From Podarcis filfolensis (taxonomy: Eukaryota): a stretch of DNA of 64,000 nt. A program made the translations under genes and the position numbers. Position 1 is the first letter of the stretch; every line of letters begins with the position of its first letter. The DNA is taken from assembly GCA_964270895.1 (NCBI GenBank), contig OZ185440.1; one strand, 5' to 3'. The notes under the pieces were generated by a model that did not search any database, was not told the origin of the DNA, and saw only the letters and a list, made by a program, of their open reading frames with translations. Positions 1-10,049 of this stretch are shown here, piece by piece.

Positions 1-19
1 AAGGTGGTGTAACAGCCAA

Positions 20-215
20 TAAGGCCCGCTTTGCTCAACACCTGAGGGGTCTGTAGGGAGGGGGGCAGTCTTTCAGGTATTTGGGGTCTGAGTCACTTTG
101 GGCTTTCATCACTAATGCGAGTACATTGAATTGTGTCTGGAAACAAACTGGCAACCAATGCAGCTGTTTTAAAACAGGGGTTATGTGAGATCTACGTAGA
201 TAGGACTGCAGTGTC
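20..215 (-). mobile_element. L2-clade LINE ORF2 C-terminal remnant
   Basis: Minus-strand ORF 35..421 ends in HITPVLKQLHWLPVCFQTQFNVL, the C-terminal motif typical of L2/CR1-group ORF2. Confidence 0.7.
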
Positions 216-376
216 AAGCTTTTTTCCTTTCTCAAGAGTGGGGAACTCTGGCACTCTGAAGCAACAAGACTCCCCACTCCCCTATCATGTAGCAAAGTAA
301 AGGAAGCTCTTTGGCGAGGTGGCATTTGGGGGGGTGGGGTTAGATGAAGGCAAGATCTGATGTCCAAATAGTTGAG

Positions 377-847
377 TATGTGGCAGCTAGACTGGTGACT
401 GGGATCGGCCTCCGAGACCACATAACACCGGTCCTGAAGGACCTACATTGGCTCCCAGGACGTTTCCGAGCACAATTCGAAGTGTTGGTGCTGACCTTTA
501 AAGTCCAAAATTGCATTGGCCCAGTATACCTGAAGGAGTGTCTCCACCCCCATAATTCAGCCCGGACAATGAGGTCCAGCTTAGAGGGCCTTCTGGCGGT
601 TCCCTCATTGCGAGAAGTGAAGTTACAGGGAACCAGGCAGAGGGCCTTCTTGGTGGTGGCACCTGCCCTGTGGAACACCCTCCCATCAGATGTCAAGGAA
701 ATAAACAACTATCCGACTTTTAGAAGACATCTGAAGGCAGCCCTGTTTAGGGAAGTTTTTAATGTTTGATGCTTTATTCTGTTTAATATTCTATTGGCAG
801 CTGCCTAGAGTGACTGGGGAAACCCAGCCAGATGGGTGGGGCATAGC

Positions 848-899
<52 letters not shown>
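377..899 (+). mobile_element. L2-clade LINE, 5'-truncated 3' end with microsatellite tail
   Basis: ORF 344..769 contains RDHITPVLKDLHWLPGRFRAQF...LWNTLP...LKAALFREVFNV*. Its 3' UTR is near-identical to the copies at 20461 and 56289. Confidence 0.9.
848..898. repeat. (AAT)17 microsatellite
   Basis: Direct reading; sits at the L2 tail. Confidence 0.98.
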
Positions 900-2652
900 G
901 CTGGCCCTAGCAGAGAAATGGGACAGCATTTGGTGCTCCACTTCAGGCAGGGAAATGTCTTTCTTCAGCGCTGGCTGCTGCTTCTGAGTGACTTGACCTT
1001 GAGAAATCACTCCTTCCTTGAATTTCGAAGCAGGATGATTGGTTCCCATCACCCATTTTGCTGCAAGTGAGGCTTGCCAAAATTTTCTGCACCCCTCCTC
1101 ATGGGTGCTGTGTGACTCCAGTGGCCATGGAGTGGATCATTTGAAGGTTCTGACCTTGAACATAATCAGATAAGGAAACCATCTGAGGACCAAGTTGTTG
1201 GAGATAAATAGATTTATCCTCCGTCTCACGCAGTTTGAGTGGAATGATTTAGATCTGCAAAGTGTAAGGGCGAAGATTAATTGTATTTATTTATGTAAAA
1301 TATTTGTATATTGCCCTTCACCCAATAGATTCCAATGCAATGAGCTCTATAATGCACTAAAATAGGCAATAAAGTCATAGCCTGAAGCAGCAGCTAAAAA
1401 ATAGACAGCAAACTAAGGCACTGCACAAATTAAAACCCCTAGGAAAATAAGTATGTTTTAATGTGGGGCTCCAGCACATCTTTTGAGGAAAGGTGTTCTA
1501 TAACTGCGGTGCCACCACTGAAAAGCCCTCTCCTGTTGTTGTTACATAGTACTCTACTAATAATGAAGGTGCTGGGGGAGGTTTTAGCAAAAACATGGCA
1601 CCCTGCTCCAGCCATCACTACTATGCTTGGTGAATTACCAAGACCCCCTCATGGCTGCTCTTCATTACCAAAAGAAACTCTCTCACACACACACCCAATG
1701 ATCCCATCACAAACCTCCTGCATAATGCATAGTTCGTTCCCGAGGACATTCGTTTTTACAGGTATGAGTCTAAGTGTTTGTTTAGTTCTAGTGGAAAATC
1801 ATGTCTAACATGATTAATGCTGTGGAACCCTTTCCCCTTACAACCAGACTGCTTTCGTGAACACAAAGCAGTCAATCAACAACTCCCCCCCATCCTGCCC
1901 TCAGCCCTCATAAATCATACTTGAGCGCAAATATAACTAAACAAGCATTTTATAATCAGAAAGTAGAGGACTGAGTGGATCCAGTAACAAGCTGGCTAGG
2001 TAACAGCAGACTGCTTTTGAGATTGATAAGACTTTTGGGTGTGATCATGACTGATTTTCTTTTTTCCTTTAAAACAAAGGGGGGGGGACATCTTTCACAC
2101 TGCAATAATAATAATAATAATAATCTGATGCATTTGTTGCAGAGTGTTTAATATTTTTGTTAAGTGTGACATGGCACTCTCTACCTATGTGCATTGTTTT
2201 GTTTTACAATGGAATGTGTGCTGCAAATAAATGAATAAATTTAATTGGGATGAAAAGAGGGAATTAAGCAGAACATAGAGGAGGGGAGCAATGTAACTCT
2301 GGTTGCTGACCCATGTCTCATACTTGCATATCAGCCTTCAGGATAAACTGTTAAAATACTTCAGAACAGCCTTGTCAGTAAGTCCACAAAAATGATTAGC
2401 CTGAATGTTTTTGTGGTCTACTGGGGGATGACAGAGGAGGGGTGGAAATAGCTGCCCCTTCTGAGCTGCCTTTTGCATTTTTGTGCTGGGCTTCCTTCCT
2501 TTGGCAGCCTGCTTGGTTCTGTGCTAGATGTAGAGGAGGAATAGGGTTTGCTATCTCTCCCATGTCTTATGCCTTACAGCTTACAACTTTGGATCATGGG
2601 CTTTTGATCTGTCTGGACCATGTTAACATGGTGATTTATGAATGCATATGTC

Positions 2653-2834
2653 CAGTGCTTTTTTTCTGGAGGGACGCAGAGATATGGATACCCCTAAACA
2701 TTTTGTGAATCTTTGTACTTTTGTCCATTTACTGTATTTATTTTTCCCGATTTGAACTATAAAATGGTGGTTTTCTTGAGTCAAAATGAGAATACCCCTA
2801 AACTTTTTTTAAAAAGAAAAGAAAAAAAGGACTG
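2653..2834. mobile_element. Non-autonomous DNA transposon (hAT-like MITE)
   Basis: Ends CAGTGCTTTTTTT ... AAAAAAAGGACTG; flanks CATATGTC/AATATTTC match 6/8; a related copy lies in opposite orientation at 28546. Confidence 0.7.
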
Positions 2835-4428
2835 AATATTTCTACACACCTTTTGAATCTATGCCACTCCTAGATTTGTCCTCTAAGAAGCCTTCAAAAT
2901 GACAACAGATCAACAGAAGTCAGTTGCCACTTGCTTCTTCTTAAGTCTCTGATAAACTTTCTTTGCTTATTTTCTACATTTCCTTTCATTATTCAAAAGC
3001 AGCTGTTGGTTTTAATTGATTCTGAATTCTAACTTACTCGCTGGTTTAGATATAGACTGTTCAGCTGGGTGTGTGTATTCGAAATACACAGAATAACTGC
3101 TGGGTGACAGCTTTTTTTGATTTTGTAATAAATCATTTTTGCTGGATTAGTGTTTCCATAACATTAACATTCCTTTTGCATGATATTAAATGGCAAATAT
3201 GAAAGACTTCTACAGAAGAAAGATGAGACTTGCATCCGAACCCCTAGCTTTCTAGCTCCTAGCTTTCTATCTAGCTTTCTATAGCATTATGACTTCTTAT
3301 GGATAGAAATATTGGACAGGATTCGCCTTACCAGCCCCATCAGCTGAAGTCTTGCAGAAGGACTTCCATTTGTGCAATGGGACTTTCTTCTCCTCCCCAC
3401 CCACCCCACCCCTGAAATTTGGTTCTGGGCAGTCAGGACAACTGGTGAGGGTGGGGAGAGGGAGGGCCATTCCATCTGGCTAGCGGGGGTGCTTGCACTG
3501 ATGGAACCATTGGAAGGGTACAATATTGAATTCCACCCAATATTTAAATGAAGCATGCATCTATTCATAAACTTAACAAACCAATTTGTTAAGCCTTACA
3601 AGAAGAGTTTCTTTTGAAGAAAAGCACAGTACCGGTAATTAAGTCACAACTATAGTACAATGTATTGGGGGATGTGCTACTATGCATTTAGTCAGCATCA
3701 GCAGAATTAATGCCAGAGATATATAGCAATAATTGAAAGAAGTGATCTCGCAGCCTACTCTCCCTGTAACTGTATGTCCGAGGTTGTAAACAGGATTTAG
3801 CAGATTTCTAATACTAACCATTGTGCAGCTACCTCTCTAGCTATAGCATGTTTCTGTTGCATGAGGCTCTGAATTATGTATGTTTAAAGCATTGTAGGTT
3901 GGGATTGTCATTTTTTAGAGTTCAGCACTATGTTCTTCCAATAGCTAAAGCAGTCTTCCAAATGTAGCCAAAATCTAAAACATATTTGGAGAAAATCTAA
4001 AACATATTTACTTGATTATTAAGAGGGCTCTGGATTCCGTCACATTCACTCTTAATTTAGAGCACATTCCAGGGGTTTCTCCCTTCCTTTTGCGCCCTGT
4101 ACTAATCTGCTACAGAAATACAACCCCGATGATGTGGAGGGAAAATAGAAATGATTTTTGCAAGGAATGCCATGTTAGGTATGTACTTTGAATGCTCCAT
4201 TTAAGAGAGATCCTCTCTGTTAAAAAGTAGCAAGCTGACTTGTTAGCATTTTATAGGCAACTTCTCCTAGGTAATGCAATACAAAATGTGTGATATACAG
4301 ATCACAAATACCAGATATATAATGAATTAGGAATTTGACTTTCAGGTTTCTTTCTGTATTGCCCATTTCTGCTGGAAATTGGAATGATGCTTCTCATGGT
4401 TTTTACTATGCAGTCTATTTGAAAGTTC

Positions 4429-4472
<44 letters not shown>
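4429..4472. repeat. Compound (TCTG)n(TC)n microsatellite
   Basis: Direct reading. Confidence 0.95.
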
Positions 4473-4473
<1 letters not shown>

Positions 4474-6280
4474 GTGGAATCACTAATTGAGGAGAGGGGA
4501 ACAGAGTACACCAGGGCGCACTAGTTTGAAATCATATTCACCTCTGCGTACAGACAACACAGAGAGTAGCAGCTGCTTTTGGTGATGGTACCACACAGAG
4601 GTGTGCACAACTGCAAACTGCTATGTACAGAAGCACCCTGAAAAAATGACCCCACTGTGTTCCAAATGCTACACAGCCATATAAATACCCGACAAGCAAA
4701 TGAAAGCTCATTGTCATATAACTTCCCGGCAAACAAATCAGAGTCAATGCCCAATAAAGTTTGGACATAGTCCAATCACTTGTAAGCAGATGAGGAAGAA
4801 TAAATAGGTCATCTGAACAAGCCCTTAAATAAACAACAACATTAAGCATGACATTAAATCATGTGTTCCAAATACATATTTGGAGCCTCATGGGAGTTTG
4901 GACCAGAGAGGTGGCAAGTGAATAAAGGGTTAAGGACTGGATTTCTCCCTGCCCCCCATTCCTCAGCTAAAGTTATTTCCTCCTTAAAACAACTTCACCT
5001 ATGGAATTAGGGAATGTATGTAACATTGAGCAGTGAATAAGGGAGGGAAGAGAAACATCAAGATAGTGGGGTGGGAAGTCAACTTTTAAATTTGTATTAA
5101 ATTTGAACTAATTTGATGTTAATTTGTTAAATTTTTTGAAAAGCAATTAAATTAATTGGCAAAAACCCCCAACGACTTTACTCGAAAGTCATTGGTACTT
5201 CATGTTATGATCTGATTTTCAGTTTCCTAGTTGTAAACTCCATTGAACTTACTCCAAATGAACTTACTCACGAGTAACACACAGAATTCCACTCAGTTAC
5301 TTGCATTTCTTCTGAAATGCACACGTATTGTTGTAGGTTTGAGTCTGAATGATGCCCTGAGACCCTTCCAGTTCTTGGGGGTCCTGGACCAAGCGAGTGT
5401 TAGCAAGGCTAACTTTGTAACAAGGCTTCTTTTTAGGACTTGTGAGTGGGGCAGATATTTTAAGTTTCTGAAGCAATTTTGTTTTTTTATTGTTGGAAGC
5501 TGCAGTCAAAGGAATCTTTTCAGTAGAACCAGGAGTAATGTGGGAGAAGAACATTCCTCAATGCCCACTGTTCTGATCCTACAATTTTCTTTCCCCAACT
5601 AAACTGCAGGACACTATACCAAAAGCAGGAATCAGGTGAATATTTTAGTTTGACTATCAGCACCTCAGATTTCCAATCATGCAACTGAAGTGATTCCTCT
5701 TGAATATAGCATATGTGTATAAAAGGTGCCATGTATAAACTACACTGGTTTGTTCTTCTCAAAAATAAATATATAACTAACTAATGATCTGGTTGTGAGT
5801 GGCCACAATTTTGTTCCCGTAAAAAATTCTGTATCATCAAATTGTCCCCACAAAAGTGGAACAAAAACTTGTATTTATTCCCGGGAGAATTTTACTAATG
5901 ACACCACATCCTTTGTATTTGTGGTGCTATTCCCAGAAGAGACTGAGGTTGGTTGTGTTCTTCCAAAGGTTTCAGTTCTTCAGTATGGATTTAATGAGTG
6001 AATTCATGGGCCAAAGCGGAAGATTGCTGCAAATTACATCCCTTAAATGTCTCTATTTTGAGATTATCCCATATGCCAAAAATCTAATTTCGTTGAACAT
6101 TAACAACACTGTGTGCTTTCAGAAATTCCATCTGCTTCCTTGAAAGAAACATTATTTTTTACCATCCACTGCACCCCATTGTTTATAGACAACACTAAAG
6201 TGGTTCTAACAGAGCAAACCGACTCTACTCTGAGACATTGTATAGTCCATAATAATCTGTATTTGCTCTTCTGCAGACTA

Positions 6281-6525
6281 CAGTGGTACCTCAGGTTAAG
6301 TACTTAATTCGTTCGGGAGGTCTGTACTTAACCTGAAACTGTTCTTAACCTGAAGCACCACTTTAGCTAATGGGGTCTCCCGCTGCTGCTACTGCACTGC
6401 TAGAGCACGATTTCTGTTCTCATCCTGAAGCAAAGTTCTTAACCTGAGGTAATATTTCTGGGTTAGTGGAGTCTGTAACCTGAAGCATATGTAACCTGAA
6501 GCGTATGTAACCCGAGGTACCACTG
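6281..6525. mobile_element. Tc1/mariner-type MITE
   Basis: TIR CAGTGGTACCTC ... GAGGTACCACTG with TA on both sides; same family as 30029 and 53078, in opposite orientation. Confidence 0.92.
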
Positions 6526-6557
6526 TATTTGACAAACAGAGAAATACATCCTATTTA

Positions 6558-6742
6558 GGACAGATCCACAGCATACATTTAAAACACATTCCACCCACAT
6601 TTAAAGCACATGACTTCTCTAAATGTATACTGGGAACTGTTGATCTGAGAGGGGAAACTCGAGTTCCTACGAATCTTTGGGGAAAATCATGTGGTTCAAA
6701 TGTGTGTTGGATGTGCTTTAAATGCATGATGTGGATCTCCCC
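6558..6742. mobile_element. Palindromic MITE (Harbinger-like)
   Basis: Long imperfect inverted ends: AGATCCACAGCATACATTTAAAACACAT versus ATGTGCTTTAAATGCATGATGTGGATCT. Confidence 0.65.
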
Positions 6743-7029
6743 ATATTCTCCATCTAGATATATGTAGCCAGAACTCAGTTAATAACAACAGAAGAACCAG
6801 CTTCAGTGCTGAATCTGAATTGCTTAAAAATGATCCCCCCCCACATATCTCATACCCTGTGCTGGAAAATTAGTATCCTTACAAATGATGTGAATATCTG
6901 TTATCAACTTAAATCATTATTCTTTGCACAGGAAGTTATGTGCGGCGGCGTGGAAGGGGAGCTTCAAGTCATGTGCAGAATGCCTTTTCTTAATTGCTGG
7001 TTCCAAAGGCCATCTCCTCCCCAAGTCCT

Positions 7030-7278
7030 GTTTCTGGAATTGCAACTGAATTCTGACAAGATGGAGACCCTATGGATAAGTGGTTCCCAGCTTAGGGAAT
7101 TGGGTTTTATAGCTGCTGTGGATGAGGTTGCACTCATTCTGAAGGAGCAGGTGAGTAGTTTGGAAGTACTCTTAGATCCAGTGACTAAGACCACCCTTAG
7201 ATGGTCTAAATAAAAAGAAAAAGGTGCATCAACCATCCTGGACAGGGATAGTCTTAGCATGGTGGTCCATACATTGGT
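7030..7278 (+). mobile_element. Degraded L2-clade LINE RT-distal fragment
   Basis: Translation LQLNSDKMETLWI...LKEQVSSLEVLLDP resembles the LINE motif LxLNxxKTE...VRxLGVxLD. Confidence 0.65.
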
Positions 7279-7659
7279 AACATGGGTGGCGCTGTGGTCT
7301 AAACCACTGAGCCTCTTGGGCTTGCTGATCACAAGGTCGGCAGTTCGAATCTGTGCGACAGGCTGAGCTCCTGTTGCTCTGTCCCAGCTTCTGCCAACCT
7401 AGCAGTTCAAAAGCATGCCAGTGCAAGTAGATAAACAGGTACTGCTGTGGCGGGAAAGGTAAATGGCGTTTCTGTGTGCTCTGGCTTCCGTCATGGTGTT
7501 CTGTTGCACCAGAAGCGGTTTAGTCATGCTGACCACATGACCTGGAAAGCTGCCTGTGGACAAACGCCAGCTCCCTTGGCCTGAAGTGAGATGAGCACTG
7601 CACCCCATAGTTGCCTTTAACTGGATTTAACTGCCCATGGGACATTTACCTTTACCTTA
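7279..7659 (+). mobile_element. Sauria SINE (older copy)
   Basis: Head GGGTGGCGCTGTGGTCTAAACC, core CTGCCAACCTAGCAGTTC...GCAAGTAGATAAA, tail TTTACCTTTACCTTA. Confidence 0.92.
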
Positions 7660-7836
7660 ACATCATGATTAGACTGCTGTAATACACTGTACATTGTGCC
7701 TAGTTCAGAAACTTCAGCTAGTGCAAAAGGGAGCTGCTGTGTTTCTTGGTGGGAAACCCACTTATTAACCCAGTGTTGAAAGATCTGCCCTGGTTGTCTA
7801 TTAGCTTTCAACCCAAGTTCAAGGTTTCGTTGTAGA

Positions 7837-8502
7837 CAGCGGCGTAGCGTGGGTTGTCAGCACCCGGGGCAAGGCAAGTAATTTGCGCCCCCTAACCCGG
7901 GGCAAGGCAAGTAATTTGCGCCCCCTAACCCTACAAATCTATGCCTATGAATGATGGTCCCTCTCTCTCTTTCTCATATTCCAATTGATTCCCATTTCCG
8001 CCGATCGATCCCCGAAGCTCTCACCCAGCGAAATTCGTGCGTAATTACGCTTCGCCATCCCTAATTCTGCCGCTTCCACCAGGAAATCATGACGGTGCGT
8101 TTCTCCTCTCCAAACTTTCCCCGGCCCTTTGCCGGCCGGCGCAGCCCTTTTGGCTACGAGCTCCCCTCCTTCTCTGCCCGCTTCCGACCCCACCTCCCCG
8201 TCCAGCCTCCCTACCTCCTGAAAAAAGGCGCCGGCGCCGAGCAGGACACCCCCGCGGCCATCGGAGAGAGGCGGGGCCGAGGGAGGCAAGCCAATGGGCG
8301 AGGCGGGGGTAGGTGGCCACGGGGGCGGGCGCTGCCGCAGTCCTCGGGTGGGCAAGGTAGGAGCAGGCGGAGGCTGGCCGGCCGCTCTGACAATAGGGGC
8401 GGGCCGAGGGCACGACGCGGCTGGGCCCTCTGGACTCGCGCCCCCCCAGATGTTGCGCCCGGTGCGGCCGGCACCCCTGGCACCCCCCACGCTACGCCAC
8501 TG
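7837..8502. mobile_element. Young GC/CpG-rich non-autonomous hAT element (666 bp)
   Basis: 17-bp TIRs CAGCGGCGTAGCGTGGG / CCCACGCTACGCCACTG (16/17 match); perfect 8-bp TSD GTTGTAGA at 7829-7836 and 8503-8510. Confidence 0.93.
7863..7928. repeat. Perfect 2 x 33-bp subterminal tandem duplication inside the hAT element
   Basis: CCCGGGGCAAGGCAAGTAATTTGCGCCCCCTAA occurs twice. Confidence 0.97.
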
Positions 8503-10007
8503 GTTGTAGACACTTAAAGTCCTAACCAACATGGGACCAGGATACTTGGCCTCTCCCACTACAGATCAAGTTGTTCTTTTAAGATCTTCTGAGAAACCCC
8601 AGCTGGTCCTTCCACGACCAGTGGATTGTCATTGGTGACAATGCAGAAGTGAGCCGCTGCAATAATAACCCTCTAGAATACCCTTCCTCAGGTAATTTGT
8701 GAGGTGGATGTAGTAATTATCTTAAAACATTTCTTAAAACCATGTATGTTTGCCCAAGCTTTTTTACTTCTCTGCTTTGTGCCCTTCTTCATTTTATTTC
8801 TGATATATACATTCCTTTTGTTTCTTTTAATTTTTAAAGGATCTTTTACCTATGTGATGTGTTGGTTTTATCTAAACAGCTTACATGAGAAAGCAAGAAG
8901 TTTTCAATTGAAATGATGAAATAGGAGAGCAAATCTCAAAGATGCTGAAGAGTGACATGCCATTCCATGCATTTATTTATTAGTAATCAAATATTTTTCC
9001 ATGGTAATGTTTCCTTAGCCACCACAGCAGCTGAACATGGAGGGCAAGGTTGGGCTGCTTGCTGTTCATCTCAAATTAAATCAAACATTTGTTGGTGTGT
9101 GGATCAGGCTTGATAGCTGTGCTTGAACTTGGGCATATGTATCATGTCTGTTCAAAGTTGTCTTCCCCTTACCACCTCCCTCATCTTGTCCACTTTTTAG
9201 ACTATTTTGAAAGAAATAGCAATAGAGCTGGAATAGATCTGCACAAACATCTAGGGCATGGTAATAATAAATAAATAAATTTTAAAATCCCACCTACCTC
9301 TGGGACTTTTAATCTATTGCAGGTGGAAAGAAATGTTTAGGAGAGTTCTGGAAGAATGATGATCCTAGTGCCTTTTGTGGTGGTGTCCTTCCCACCCCTG
9401 GGGCTTCCTCTGTTGCTAATGATTCCTAGGTGTCTATATGTAAGAATAAGCCAAGATATTTCTTAGTGGGCCCCTGTGAAATGAAATTCTGCCTTTCCAC
9501 CACCTCTTTCTGTCACAGTAAATGGCATAATAATCACAGTGTGCAATGTTTCAGCTTGGGGCTGGTATGCAAGGGACAGCAGGATGGTGGAAAGCCTGTG
9601 TTTTTCATCTGCCTTTCCATCTGTGGAAATAACCATCACTTTCCATGTGTTAGGACCCCTCCCCTTTGAAATGGCCCATCAGGGACTTGCGGTCTGTTGA
9701 AGTAATTTGGTAAATCCTGTCAGGTTTCATCTCTTTATTCTTGTTCCAAGTGGCCTGGTTTTGAGAAGTATCTCCCTTCTCTCCCAGTTTCAGTCCAGCG
9801 GTGAAGTCCATGGTTGGGATGGATATTTATGAGCAGGGGGAAAGGAGAATCTTTCCCTCTATATCATTTTTCTTTACAGCTGCAGGTGTCACACAAGTAG
9901 CCTATCCATACTGGGGGAGTAAAAGGACAAAACAATATTGAGTAGGTTTTGGGAAAGGACTATGGCACCCACCCCCACAGTCAGAGGATGCTTAAGAACC
10001 TCTTCCG

Positions 10008-10008
<1 letters not shown>

Positions 10009-10046
<38 letters not shown>
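10009..10046. repeat. (TG)19 microsatellite
   Basis: Direct reading. Confidence 0.97.

Positions 10047-10049
<3 letters not shown>

Noticed and set aside
762-1070. ORFs with poly-Ile or poly-Tyr runs (also poly-Asn at 56618..56833 and HT/CV repeats elsewhere)
   Set aside because: These are translations of (AAT)n and (CA)n microsatellites.
7945-8559. 204-aa GC-rich ORF and overlapping ORFs as a host gene first exon with a CpG-island promoter
   Set aside because: They lie almost entirely within the TIR/TSD-bounded hAT element. Long ORFs in several frames are expected from high GC, and the peptides are low-complexity and unrecognisable.
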